Both the position numbers and the translations under genes were made by a program. Shown in pieces: positions 1 through 9,576 of a stretch of DNA of 55,802 bases (position 1 is the first letter of the stretch; every line of letters starts with the position of its first letter). This stretch comes from Candidatus Moranbacteria bacterium GW2011_GWE2_36_40 (GTDB lineage Bacteria > Patescibacteriota > Minisyncoccia > Moranbacterales > GWC2-37-73). The notes under the pieces were generated by a model. The model was not told the origin of the DNA and ran no database searches. It saw only the letters and a list, made by a program, of their open reading frames with translations. The DNA is taken from assembly GCA_000991645.1 (NCBI GenBank), contig LBRX01000005.1:1-55802 (forward strand), read 5' to 3'.

Positions 1-65
1 GGGCTTAATTCTAAGTGCTGGTTGTGGCATAGTTTTGTTTTTGTTTTAGGGGGCTTACAAAACTA

Positions 66-2414
66 TTATAGCACGAATTTATTTGATTTGGTATAATATC
101 TGATTAAATCTTTATTGGTTGGAGCAGTCCATCTGATTGTGTATTGTCCGTCTGCTGTAGCTGGAGATTCTTTGTGATTTGCACTTATTAGTGTTGGAGC
201 TGAAGGAGTTGTGGTAAAGAAGTTTGATTTTGAACCTGGGTTGGTTGGGTAGGATGATTGTTGAGTTTGTTCTGTTATGTTTCCATTTGAATCAGTGATT
301 ACTTTCCAAGTGTTTGAAAGTGATCTGCTTTCAAGTCCTGAGTGTTCTAGTGAGGTTACTGCATAATATCTTGTTGTGTTGTTTGGTTGTGATGCGTCAT
401 AGTTCCAAGATATTTCAGTCCACATGCCACATTCATTATCTCCTGAACAGTTGTTGTATGAGGTTGTGCCAAGTTGAGTCCAGGTTAAGTTGTCTGAACT
501 TTGCCAAACTCTGAAGTTTTTTATTTCACGGGGAGAGGGAGGACAATCCAGAGTTTCATGCGGCCAGCCACGAGTAGCGTAGGTGCGAGGTGTTGTGAAA
601 TTTGGAGTAGGACCAGTGCGAGGAGTATTTTGCGAGCTGACTGAACAATTTTCTCCTTGGTTAAAATCCCATGTCAATCTGACATCGGAAACATTTTTGA
701 CAGCTGACTTTATTTCTGGCGGATACGGATAATATGCGACTGTCCAGAATAACTGAATGTCGTCATCAGAAACATTGAGAAAAGTTGAGTTGAACATTGC
801 CTTGGTTCCATCTGAAGATTGAGTTGGGCGAGTCAATGAATCATATGGAGCACTATCGCCATTTTCGCGCACATGCGCTGAGCATAACATTTTTTGCGAA
901 GATTGATTTCTATAATTTTGAGCTACTACACGATATAAATCATAGCCAACTTGACCAGCGGGTTGTCCTGATGACACGCTCCAATCAGACCATGCCTCCC
1001 AATCATGATGTTGCACACCAGGAACTGCACCACTAAAAGCATTGTCAGGATAAGGCTTCCAATAGTCATGCGTTCTGAAATCAAGCAATGAAGACCCAAA
1101 AGGAGAATCTACAACTTTACTAAAAATTGCATAATGTCCCCAACGATCTGGCGTAAAGTGACTCGGGTATTGAACTAAATTCCAAGGATCGATCCCTAAA
1201 TGATTAACTAGTTTAGTATTAACTGGCTCCAATTCATTGCCCCAAGCATAAGGGGCATCATGATCTTGAGTGTGAATAGGCTGCCCACCAGCTCCAGAGC
1301 CAACAATTTTAGCTCTCCACCAAGGACCATTGGAGCTTTCTGGCATGATATAATGCCAGAGACCATCCTCACCATTAACCGCGCCAGCCAAAAATTCATC
1401 ATGATATCCAGCCCAAGCAGTTGGAGCTTGACCCCAATAATTATCAAAGGGCAATTCCCTAGAATATCCAATCGGGGTATCTAGCGATGGAGTGCCAATC
1501 AAAGTTCCTGCATAGGCCTTGCCGGTATATATATCATTCAAATAGACATTACTGCCATCTGGAGCCATTGATTTTTTGATTGACAATCTTCCGGTGGGAT
1601 TTTCCGTGGTTAAAATCGGAGCTTTTGATATCACACCAGCAGCATCAACTGTATTTCGATACAATGAATTCGTTTGTGTTCCTTCGCCCATAGATTCTGA
1701 GCCTCCCATCAAAAATTCATCAGCTTTTGCAGGATTCCAAGCAATATAATTGAGCCAATTTGGACTCCTTGATGATGAATTTTTGGCTGGCAACAACCTA
1801 CCACCATCAGTGCTTGAAAGCATCCAAATTTTACTTGGATATTCGTACCATTGACTTTCAACCCAATTTGGCAAACTAGCATCAAAAAATGGTAACCTTT
1901 TCCAATAAGTCGCATTGGGAGGTCGATTAGCCAATGTTGAACCTGCACTAGCAATCGCTGAATAAGAATATCCGTTATCATTAACCAGCCCGCCTCTACT
2001 AAAAGCATTGGTATTTCTCAATGAATGAAACATTATCCAATTGCCATTAGCACTCCAATGCGTAGTGCTAATATCCTGCGTATTATTTGTGCCAGCAGGA
2101 GTGTTGGTGATTTTCCAAACTTCATTTCCATTCAAGACATCAACATATTGCAGCATTTCTGGTTGCCAAATATAATTATTAGCTGAATTTTCAAGCAAAT
2201 TAGCACCCCATGAAGGCATATTCAAAATTCTAAGCTTACGCAAAACAACCTCATCAAGATTTTCCACTACCCCATCCGCCATAACATTGTCTGCGAAATA
2301 GAAATTTTGCAAAACAAAAAATCCAAACAATAAAATTGCAGTTTCAAAAAACAATACTTTTTTTCTTGCTTTGACCATCATCAGAATTATCCGAATAAAA
2401 CCTACCAAACCCAA
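66..2414 (-). CDS. Secreted hypothetical protein with C-terminal FN3-like region
   Basis: 782-aa ORF. N-terminus KARKKVLFFETAILLFGFFVL looks like a signal/anchor; the true start is probably the MMVKARKK Met near 2381. The C-terminal third has FN3-like strands (VRLTWDF, YTIRWTAPTN). No catalytic family recognised. Confidence 0.6.
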   Translation of the reverse strand: MGLVGFIRIILMMVKARKKVLFFETAILLFGFFVLQNFYFADNVMADGVVENLDEVVLRKLRILNMPSWGANLLENSANNYIWQPEMLQYVDVLNGNEVWKITNTPAGTNNTQDISTTHWSANGNWIMFHSLRNTNAFSRGGLVNDNGYSYSAIASAGSTLANRPPNATYWKRLPFFDASLPNWVESQWYEYPSKIWMLSSTDGGRLLPAKNSSSRSPNWLNYIAWNPAKADEFLMGGSESMGEGTQTNSLYRNTVDAAGVISKAPILTTENPTGRLSIKKSMAPDGSNVYLNDIYTGKAYAGTLIGTPSLDTPIGYSRELPFDNYWGQAPTAWAGYHDEFLAGAVNGEDGLWHYIMPESSNGPWWRAKIVGSGAGGQPIHTQDHDAPYAWGNELEPVNTKLVNHLGIDPWNLVQYPSHFTPDRWGHYAIFSKVVDSPFGSSLLDFRTHDYWKPYPDNAFSGAVPGVQHHDWEAWSDWSVSSGQPAGQVGYDLYRVVAQNYRNQSSQKMLCSAHVRENGDSAPYDSLTRPTQSSDGTKAMFNSTFLNVSDDDIQLFWTVAYYPYPPEIKSAVKNVSDVRLTWDFNQGENCSVSSQNTPRTGPTPNFTTPRTYATRGWPHETLDCPPSPREIKNFRVWQSSDNLTWTQLGTTSYNNCSGDNECGMWTEISWNYDASQPNNTTRYYAVTSLEHSGLESRSLSNTWKVITDSNGNITEQTQQSSYPTNPGSKSNFFTTTPSAPTLISANHKESPATADGQYTIRWTAPTNKDLIRYYTKSNKFVL

Positions 2415-5400
2415 ACCAGCACGTGTTCTGTGGTTTTATTGCCGGCTTTGTCAAAGGCTGTCACTGTCACTCCATGAGGTCCTCGTGGAACAAAATTAGG
2501 AATATTGAAGCTGTCTTCTTTAGTTTCACGAACTCTTCCATAGATGGTATATCTATAGTGATCAACTGCTTTGTTATCACTAACTTTCCACCACAACTTG
2601 TCTCCTATTTTCTTTTTGAGTACAGCTGGAATATCTTCAAAAATTGGAGCCTCACTATCGATTTTTATTTTATATTTTTTTGAACCAACTTCATTTCCAT
2701 TTGCATTATAAAAATATAATTTTATTTCATTTGTTTCTCTCAAATCAAATGCGACTTTCCAATTTCCATCTTCATCCAAGGTGTCTGAATCCTCGGTGTC
2801 GCCATCTATTTTAAGTTTAACTTCCCCACCAGCAATATCCTCAATTTTTCCAGCCAATTTAATTTTTTTATTTTTTCTAAAATATGAAGTAACGGATTTG
2901 CTTTCATCATCAAATTCAGCTTTTGGTTTTGGAATATCTATTTCATTATCTCCATCATCTGAAGCTGAATCATCAAGTGGATCATCATCAACTGAAAAAG
3001 AAACTGAGTAATCTGAGTCATTTTTATTTCCAGTCCCATCCGCACATCTAACGTAATATGAATAATTGGTGCCATTATTAAGACCTGTTACCGGAGTTGA
3101 TTGAGAAGTTGATCCAGTTGTTTCAAAAGTATTTGTCATTGAATCATACAAAACCCCTGCTGTTGTTGAATATTTACAAGTTGCATTTTCATTAGTTGTA
3201 ACCATCAATGTTGTTTGTGTTGTTCCAAAATCCAATGTTCCAGAAGGAGAGCCATCAGAAATTGAAGGCGCTGAACCATCAGTAACTTCAAAACTAGTAA
3301 TATCCAATGAAGAAGAGGCATTGTCTGCTGCATCAGTCACAACAATTGTGCAATTTGAATGAGTTCCAACAGAAAGTGTGCCAAAGACTACTGTATTGTT
3401 TCCACTTACTGCAGATGTTGTTGATGAAGAACAGTCTCCACCATAAGTTATTGTTCCAACTTCAGTTGAACTAAAAACATAGCTTGGGGTGTTGTCAGTT
3501 GTTGGAGATGTAATAGGTGTGACCTCAGCAACAGTTGGCGCTGTCACATCAATAGTGAAGCTTGAAACTGCCAGTGGAGTGGAAGCATTTGTGGCTGCGT
3601 CAGTCACTGTGATTATACAATTTGAATATGTTCCAGCCACAAGTGCGTCAAACACAATTGCATTGTTTCCAACAACTGCAGACGTTGTGACAGAAGAACA
3701 ACTTCCTCCATAGGTTATTGTTCCAACCTCAGTCGAGCTAAATGTATAATTCGGTGTTGGATCATTTGTTGGAGTTGTGATAGGAGTGACTTGAGCGAGA
3801 GTTGGCGAGGTTGCTTCAACAGTGAATGTTGTGATGTCGAGTGGAGAAGATGCATTTCCTGATGCATCAGTAACAACAATGGTACAGTTTGAATACGTTG
3901 CATCACTCAGTGTTGCAAAAACAACCGTGTTATTCCCACTTACTGCAGATGTTGTTGCAGATGAACAACTTCCTCCATAAGTTATTGTTCCAACTTCATT
4001 AGAACTGAACACATAGCTTGGGGTTGGATCAGTTGTTGGAGATGTAACAGGTGTGACCTCAGCAACAGTTGGCGCTGTCACATCAATAGTGAAACTTGAA
4101 ACTGCCAGTGGAGTGGAAGCATTTGTGGCTGCGTCAGTCACTGTGATTGTACAATTTGAATATGTGCCAGCCACAAGTGCATCAAAAACAATTGCGTTGT
4201 TTCCAACAACTGCAGCTGTTGTGACAGATGAACAACTGCCTCCATAGGTTATTGTTCCAACTTCAGTCGAGCTAAATGTATAATTTGGTGTTGGATCATT
4301 TGTGGGAGTTGTGACAGGAGTGACTTGAGCGAGAGTTGGCGCGGTTGTGTCAATTGTAAAGGTGGAAACTGCTAATGTGCTACTAGCATTTCCAGCCGCA
4401 TCAGTAACGACAATAGTACAATTTGAATATACACCAGAAGCAAGTGTATTAAACGTTATAATATTATCAGCAGCAATCGCAGATGTTGTTGCAGATGAAC
4501 AACTTCCGCCATATGTTATGGTTCCAACTTCAGTTGAGCTAAATGTATAATTTGGTGTTGTATCTTTTGTTGGAGTTGTGACTGGAGTTACCTGAGCCAA
4601 TGTTGGAGAAACAGAATCTACCGTAAAGCTGGTCACAGCCATTGAAGAAGATGCATTTGAAGACGCATCAGTAACAATAATTGTACAATTTGAATGAGCG
4701 CCTTGAGCCAATGTATTGAAAACCACGGTGTTATTTCCAACTGCCGCTATTGTCGTTGATGAAGAACAATCACCGCCATAAGTTATCAATCCAACTTCAG
4801 TTGAACTGAATGTATAACTTGGAGTTGCATCATTTGTCAGTGCTGCTACAGGAGTTACTTCGGCAACAGTTGGCCCAGTAACATCCGACGGATCAGATAC
4901 AGTTACAACTGCTCCATACAAACCTCCAGTAGCTGTTACATTCACACCTGAATCCCAAACTGCACTACCGCTAGTCAAATTGATAGCAGAATTAATTCCT
5001 GTTGCTAAAGCAGTAAAAGTAAGAGTGGCAACATCTTGTGACCCAACAAGAGCAACTCCAGTAATTCTAGCAGCACCAAAAACAGCAGTGCCGGCAGTTG
5101 TTTCTGGTGGAATACTATTTACCATTTCCACAGGAAATGTCAATGCATTGGTTACGATAGAGTTTAATTGCAACACAGTTGGATCAAATTGAATAGCCAT
5201 ATCAACAGCCCTAACATCAGTATTTGTTCCAGGATTTTCATTAGCAACAACAGTAAAAGTATCCCCGATGTTTATGGTTTGCGGAGCTATTATTAACGAT
5301 AATGTTGCATCCGATGCAGCCATAACCTTATTGCCAGATAAAACAGCTACCAATGAAATCGAAACAATAGCAAAAAACATAGCTATTGAATAAAATTTGA

Positions 5401-5458
5401 ATTGAACTATTCTACAACCAACATTTTTTTTCATACTTTTATTTTTAAGTAATTTCAA
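2402..5458 (-). CDS. Large surface protein: signal peptide, cohesin-like domain, six tandem 89-aa Ig-like repeats, acidic linker, C-terminal Ig-like domains
   Basis: 1018-aa ORF with hydrophobic N-terminus. Residues ~50-190 (ATLSLIIAPQTINIGDTFTV...VRAVDMAIQFDPTVLQL...ATLTFTALATG) fit the cohesin pattern. It is followed by six repeats of T(A/S)PT(L/V)A(Q/E)VTP...YGG(S/D)CSS...SNCTI.VTDA..NAS. Confidence 0.8.
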   Translation of the reverse strand: MKLLKNKSMKKNVGCRIVQFKFYSIAMFFAIVSISLVAVLSGNKVMAASDATLSLIIAPQTINIGDTFTVVANENPGTNTDVRAVDMAIQFDPTVLQLNSIVTNALTFPVEMVNSIPPETTAGTAVFGAARITGVALVGSQDVATLTFTALATGINSAINLTSGSAVWDSGVNVTATGGLYGAVVTVSDPSDVTGPTVAEVTPVAALTNDATPSYTFSSTEVGLITYGGDCSSSTTIAAVGNNTVVFNTLAQGAHSNCTIIVTDASSNASSSMAVTSFTVDSVSPTLAQVTPVTTPTKDTTPNYTFSSTEVGTITYGGSCSSATTSAIAADNIITFNTLASGVYSNCTIVVTDAAGNASSTLAVSTFTIDTTAPTLAQVTPVTTPTNDPTPNYTFSSTEVGTITYGGSCSSVTTAAVVGNNAIVFDALVAGTYSNCTITVTDAATNASTPLAVSSFTIDVTAPTVAEVTPVTSPTTDPTPSYVFSSNEVGTITYGGSCSSATTSAVSGNNTVVFATLSDATYSNCTIVVTDASGNASSPLDITTFTVEATSPTLAQVTPITTPTNDPTPNYTFSSTEVGTITYGGSCSSVTTSAVVGNNAIVFDALVAGTYSNCIITVTDAATNASTPLAVSSFTIDVTAPTVAEVTPITSPTTDNTPSYVFSSTEVGTITYGGDCSSSTTSAVSGNNTVVFGTLSVGTHSNCTIVVTDAADNASSSLDITSFEVTDGSAPSISDGSPSGTLDFGTTQTTLMVTTNENATCKYSTTAGVLYDSMTNTFETTGSTSQSTPVTGLNNGTNYSYYVRCADGTGNKNDSDYSVSFSVDDDPLDDSASDDGDNEIDIPKPKAEFDDESKSVTSYFRKNKKIKLAGKIEDIAGGEVKLKIDGDTEDSDTLDEDGNWKVAFDLRETNEIKLYFYNANGNEVGSKKYKIKIDSEAPIFEDIPAVLKKKIGDKLWWKVSDNKAVDHYRYTIYGRVRETKEDSFNIPNFVPRGPHGVTVTAFDKAGNKTTEHVLVWVW
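3275..4880 (-). repeat. Six tandem 267-nt coding repeats (89 aa each); units 3-4 and 5-6 form a near-identical 534-nt double unit
   Basis: gtgacctcagcaacagttggcgctgtcacatcaatagtgaa recurs at 3519 and 4053 (offset 534). The shadow ORFs at 3489-3713 and 4053-4247 are almost identical. Confidence 0.85.
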
Positions 5459-5479
5459 AATATATATTAATACAAAAAA

Positions 5480-6070
5480 TTAAAGGGCTGGCTGCAAATA
5501 ATCTTGCGCCAAAATTGTAACATCTCCGCCATTTACTACTCCGTCTTTATTTATGTCTGCCGTTGCATTATTAGTTAGATAAACTCCGATCATAGTTGTA
5601 ATATCACCCCCATTAACAACCCAGTCATTGTTTATATCGCCACTATACGAAAGTCGTTTACTTACTTCCTTAAGAGCTCCAACCGTTGTTGTTGCGCATT
5701 TGCTAAAATTTGGTGTGCTGGCATTGTCATATGCGGCAACAGTAAAATAATAAGTTTGCCCAGCAACAAGATTATTGCTGAAGCGATAACTTGAAACTCC
5801 TGCACCTGGAACATCAACAGATGTGGAAACTGGCGTTCCAAGTCCTTCTGAGCAACTGCCAAGCACGTTTAGCCATGTTGAAACCGTATTATAATAAACT
5901 TTGTAGCCAGAAAGACCAGTCAAGGCTCCGCCACCCTCATCAGTTGTTGGCGGAGTCCAAGAAACAACAGCTGACGCTGCTGCTTGAACATTCCCAGCTC
6001 CAACAAAAAATGCACAGCTTGCGATTAATGAAAAAATAAACACATTGAATCTATTTTTTTGTTTTAGCAT
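5480..6070 (-). CDS. Secreted FN3-domain protein with C-terminal type-I-like dockerin
   Basis: Signal peptide FIFSLIASCAFFVGAGNVQAAA; FN3 strands (VSWTPPT, GYKVYYN, YYFTVAAYD). The C-terminus carries two Ca-binding-loop segments, GDINNDWVVNGGDITTM and ADINKDGVVNGGDVTIL, typical of dockerin. Confidence 0.8.
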   Translation of the reverse strand: MLKQKNRFNVFIFSLIASCAFFVGAGNVQAAASAVVSWTPPTTDEGGGALTGLSGYKVYYNTVSTWLNVLGSCSEGLGTPVSTSVDVPGAGVSSYRFSNNLVAGQTYYFTVAAYDNASTPNFSKCATTTVGALKEVSKRLSYSGDINNDWVVNGGDITTMIGVYLTNNATADINKDGVVNGGDVTILAQDYLQPAL

Positions 6071-6079
6071 AAGAGTTGA

Positions 6080-6478
6080 TTAGTTTTTTTCTTTTTTAAA
6101 AAATGATTTAAATTTATCAAAAATAGACAACTTTACTGTTTTTTGCATTTCCTCGGAAAAACAACTTTCTTTTCCGCTGGCATTATATGAAGTCACTGAA
6201 AAATAATAAGTCGAGCCATCCTTCAAATTATCTATTTGATATGATGTTTTCTTGCCAACATCCACTTTTTTGGTATAGCCACCATCACGAGGGCAATCTC
6301 CCTTGCGTTTTTCAATTCCATAATAAATCTTGTACCCATTCACATCAGATTCAGATGAAGCATTCCAATTAAGTTTTGCTTGCCCCAAGACTTTCAGATC
6401 ACGCAAAAAAATTTGCCAAAAAATTATTGCCAACAAAACTACAATACCCATCAATAAAAATATTTTTCTTTTTTTCAT
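6080..6478 (-). CDS. Membrane-anchored FN3-domain protein
   Basis: 132 aa; N-terminal TM segment IFLLMGIVVLLAIIFWQIF; FN3 motifs LNWNASSESDVNGYKIYYG and YYFSVTSYNASGKES. Confidence 0.7.
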   Translation of the reverse strand: MKKRKIFLLMGIVVLLAIIFWQIFLRDLKVLGQAKLNWNASSESDVNGYKIYYGIEKRKGDCPRDGGYTKKVDVGKKTSYQIDNLKDGSTYYFSVTSYNASGKESCFSEEMQKTVKLSIFDKFKSFFKKEKN

Positions 6479-6540
6479 CTATTTAATTATATCACAAAAT
6501 ATATCTTTTTGCACTAATATTAATCCACAGATTAATATTA

Positions 6541-6588
6541 AAAAAACCGACATAAAAATACTCAAAAAATGAGTATTTTTTAGGTCGG
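6541..6588 (-). terminator. Rho-independent terminator after the O-antigen-ligase-like gene
   Basis: The minus strand reads CCGAC-cta-AAAAATACTCA-ttttt-TGAGTATTTTT-atg-GTCGG followed by TTTTTT. Confidence 0.6.
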
Positions 6589-6687
6589 TTTTGCCATTCA
6601 ACTCCCCGTTTTTCATTGGCAACCAAGATTTCCTATCAAAAAAGAATTTTTCAAAAACGGATCAACATTCCCCAAAAGATATTAAGA

Positions 6688-9297
6688 TCACGGCAGTGTT
6701 GTTGTCCCCGTATTATTATCTGTTTCAGCAGGTGCAACAACTTCAGGAGTCGGTACAGGCAGCTCATCACTAGCCAAATTTTCAGCATTATTTTCAATGC
6801 CGGCAGCAATATTGCTGATCATTTTTTGAATTTTTGTTCTCACTTCATCGTTTTCCTTTGGCAAAAGTTCCAAAACTTTTTGATATTGCGCTGTTGCATC
6901 AGAATTTCTTCTTGTTTTTTCATAAAGAGTTCCCAGTGAGAAAAGCGTGTTTATTTCTTTGTCATTTTTGCTTAAGATATTTTTATAGATTGTCTCAGAA
7001 ATCTTGTAATCTTCTTCATTTCCCCTTGATTGATGAATGCGAGCAGTGTTATAGATATAATTCAAATTATTCTGTTCAATGATCGCTGATTGTTCAATTG
7101 ATTTGATAGCTCCATCCATGTCCCCAAGAACTTCCTGAGCCAAAGCTAACTGATAATGAGCAACCGCCAAATCATTTTTTTCATCAACTGCTTTTTGAAA
7201 AGAGTTTTTTGCTTGACCAAGCAATTCTTTTGCTTCTTCTGGAGTTTTTTTGGCTCCTGCCTGAGCCAATTCAATTTGACCTATCTTTACCCAATAAGCA
7301 GGATTGTGCGGTTCGAGTTCAAGTGCTTTTTTGTAGTTATCCTTGGCGAGATTGAATGAATCAGCAACATACAAACCTGAATTTTCATATATTTGTCCCA
7401 AAGCTTCAACTGCAGCAACATCTTTTGGAGACAAATTTCTTGCCCGATTGACAGTTGAAATTGAATCATTCAAATAATTCTGAATTAATCCCAAATTTCG
7501 ATCTTGCTCAGATTTCAACGCTTCCTCGTTTGCCAAACTCATAAGCTCCTGTCCAAGCAAAATATAATAGCGACTCTCTTTATTGTTCAAAGAAATAGCT
7601 TTTGATAATCTTGTGACACTTCCGTCTGCTGTTATTTTTTGAGCTCGCATAGCTTGACCAGCCCTGAAATCAGCTGCATAAATTTTTCCCACAAAAATGA
7701 ACAGAAAAACAACTCCAGCACTAACAACCATAAAAACAAACGCCAGAGCCAAAGCATATTTCGGAGATGCTTTCAACGATAATGAGAGATAATTCTCTTC
7801 AGATTCGCTTTCAAAAAGAAGCATGGCAACAGTAAGTGCAACAAGCAGGACTCCCAAAATGATCAATGACCCCTCCATTTTTCCTGCAAATGCATTTATG
7901 ATCAAAACAAGAGCTGCTGAAAAAAGTCCCAAAGAATACAGCTTGTTTTTCTGCTTATTTATGCTCAAAAGATACACGCCTATGCTTATGAATGTCAGTA
8001 CCAGCAAAATCAAGGCAATTGTTCCAGCCAAGCCAACTGTTGAAACTGCTTCAAAGAAAATTCCAGCTCCCTGAAAAAATCTCAGATTGTAATATGGATT
8101 TAAGTTAAAATTCTGTGGTTTGTGCAAAGAAAAATCATACCCATACGTTGCAGGTCCACTTCCAACCAACAACTTATCTTTCAATGATTCTTTTGCCACA
8201 TCCAAAGACAATTGATACGAAGGACTAACTTCAACCGGAAGTTTGATGCGAGCGATTGAATTTGAACCAACAATAAGAATTGCCAGAATCAACACAAATG
8301 TTGCCATTGGAAGCCATGTCCAATTTTCAGCAGGACGCACGATTTGAGCCAAGATATAAATCAAGAAAAAGCTTATTCCAACCAGAACACCAAGCCATGC
8401 TATGAATGAATACAGGGTTAACAAAACAAACACATTGAGCAGCAACACTCCAAGCAAACAAGCAGCAGCAACATTTTTCTTCATTCCTGAAATCTTTTTC
8501 TCTTCATCTCTTTTGGCAAAAATATCCAAAACAAAAACAAGAATAATCGGCAGCATGGCACCCAAAAATATTCCCAATCCAGTCAGTGATCCGATCGGGC
8601 TGAGTGGCACATATTGAACAAATTTTTCCGGCACCAAATTCATTCCCAAAAGATTCAACATTGCCCAAAGAGCCAAAACAAAATCAGCTGCAATCAAAAA
8701 ACTTGTCATCAGTAAAAATCTTTTTTTGTTAAAATGACTTGTTATTAAATAATAACTTATTACCAAAGCTGTTATACTCATGAATCCTCGCGAAGGATCT
8801 CCGAAATATCCCCAAAAACTGTGCCAGCGATCAACTGAAAAAAACAAAGATATTCCAAATGTCAGCCAAAGCAAAATAATCGGAATGTCCAATGGAGTTT
8901 TTCTGATCTTCATCTCCCCTGTCAACACACCCTTGGATACCCAAGAAACCAAAGCAAGCAAAATCCAAAAATAGAAATATATTTGTTTTTCAAGAGAAAT
9001 TCCTTGCAAAGTAAGTCCCGTGAAAAAAAGTGGAATACCAAAAAAAAGCGCTGCCAGACTTATCGTAATAATCGAATCCAAAAATCCAATCTTTTTTGAG
9101 GATGTTGTTTTTGTTTCTGACGATTCAACATGCTCTTTCTTGCTTGCAAAAGCACTTTTGAAATGCGTTCCATTGGAGATGGAAATGTTCGCCGACTCTT
9201 TTCGAAATTCAGTAGTATTCGAAGGGTTATTATTAATTGCTACATTTGTCATACCACTGTCTTGATCTGTTTGAGATGATTGATTTTTAAAATCCAT
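6688..9297 (-). CDS. Polytopic membrane protein, O-antigen-ligase (Wzy_C)-like, with C-terminal TPR repeats
   Basis: 869 aa with more than 12 hydrophobic helices across residues ~70-560. The soluble tail has TPR-like repeats (ALGQIYENSGLY..AKDNYKKALELEPHNPAYW, AHYQLALAQEVLGDMDGAIKSIEQS). The family call rests on architecture only. Confidence 0.6.
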   Translation of the reverse strand: MDFKNQSSQTDQDSGMTNVAINNNPSNTTEFRKESANISISNGTHFKSAFASKKEHVESSETKTTSSKKIGFLDSIITISLAALFFGIPLFFTGLTLQGISLEKQIYFYFWILLALVSWVSKGVLTGEMKIRKTPLDIPIILLWLTFGISLFFSVDRWHSFWGYFGDPSRGFMSITALVISYYLITSHFNKKRFLLMTSFLIAADFVLALWAMLNLLGMNLVPEKFVQYVPLSPIGSLTGLGIFLGAMLPIILVFVLDIFAKRDEEKKISGMKKNVAAACLLGVLLLNVFVLLTLYSFIAWLGVLVGISFFLIYILAQIVRPAENWTWLPMATFVLILAILIVGSNSIARIKLPVEVSPSYQLSLDVAKESLKDKLLVGSGPATYGYDFSLHKPQNFNLNPYYNLRFFQGAGIFFEAVSTVGLAGTIALILLVLTFISIGVYLLSINKQKNKLYSLGLFSAALVLIINAFAGKMEGSLIILGVLLVALTVAMLLFESESEENYLSLSLKASPKYALALAFVFMVVSAGVVFLFIFVGKIYAADFRAGQAMRAQKITADGSVTRLSKAISLNNKESRYYILLGQELMSLANEEALKSEQDRNLGLIQNYLNDSISTVNRARNLSPKDVAAVEALGQIYENSGLYVADSFNLAKDNYKKALELEPHNPAYWVKIGQIELAQAGAKKTPEEAKELLGQAKNSFQKAVDEKNDLAVAHYQLALAQEVLGDMDGAIKSIEQSAIIEQNNLNYIYNTARIHQSRGNEEDYKISETIYKNILSKNDKEINTLFSLGTLYEKTRRNSDATAQYQKVLELLPKENDEVRTKIQKMISNIAAGIENNAENLASDELPVPTPEVVAPAETDNNTGTTTLP

Positions 9298-9383
9298 AAT
9301 TTTTGATTATTTTTACATCTTACCTCATATATCAATTTTAGCTTTTTTTTCAAAAAAGAGCAACAGATTTTCAACTTGTCTAA

Positions 9384-9416
9384 CGGAGTCCGACTCCGAT
9401 TCGGAGTCGGACTCCG
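9384..9416. repeat. H2 palindrome (33 nt, 16-bp arms)
   Basis: CGGAGTCCGACTCCGA-T-TCGGAGTCGGACTCCG. Identical copies at 11099-11131 and 17127-17159. Confidence 0.9.
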
Positions 9417-9438
9417 GGGATAGGGATGATGCATGTGA

Positions 9439-9559
9439 TTATTTCCGAATCTGCACTGTCTCTGTCTTATACGAAGACCCAACTTCTTGGGCGGAAAGGG
9501 CGCGGAACGTACAGCAGTGAAACTGCTAACGTTCCGAGATTGTAGATGCGGACTTCGTT
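9439..9559 (-). pseudogene. R-box: orphan LamG-domain C-terminal fragment interrupted by the H1 hairpin
   Basis: The minus strand reads NEVRIYN-[34-nt insert]-RALSAQEVGSSYKTETVQIRK-stop. It matches the native ends of the LamG genes at 21803 and 38957. No upstream ORF body. Confidence 0.8.
9504..9535. repeat. H1 hairpin element (32 nt) inside the R-box
   Basis: GGAACGT-ACAGCAGTGAAACTGCTA-ACGTTCC. 7-bp terminal inverted repeats plus an inner AGCAG/CTGCT stem. Confidence 0.85.
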
Positions 9560-9576
9560 AATTTTTCAACAAAAAA

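Noticed and set aside
9384-9416. H2 palindrome as an intrinsic terminator for the upstream cassette
   Set aside because: The stem is strong, but no U-tract follows on the minus strand in any of the three copies.
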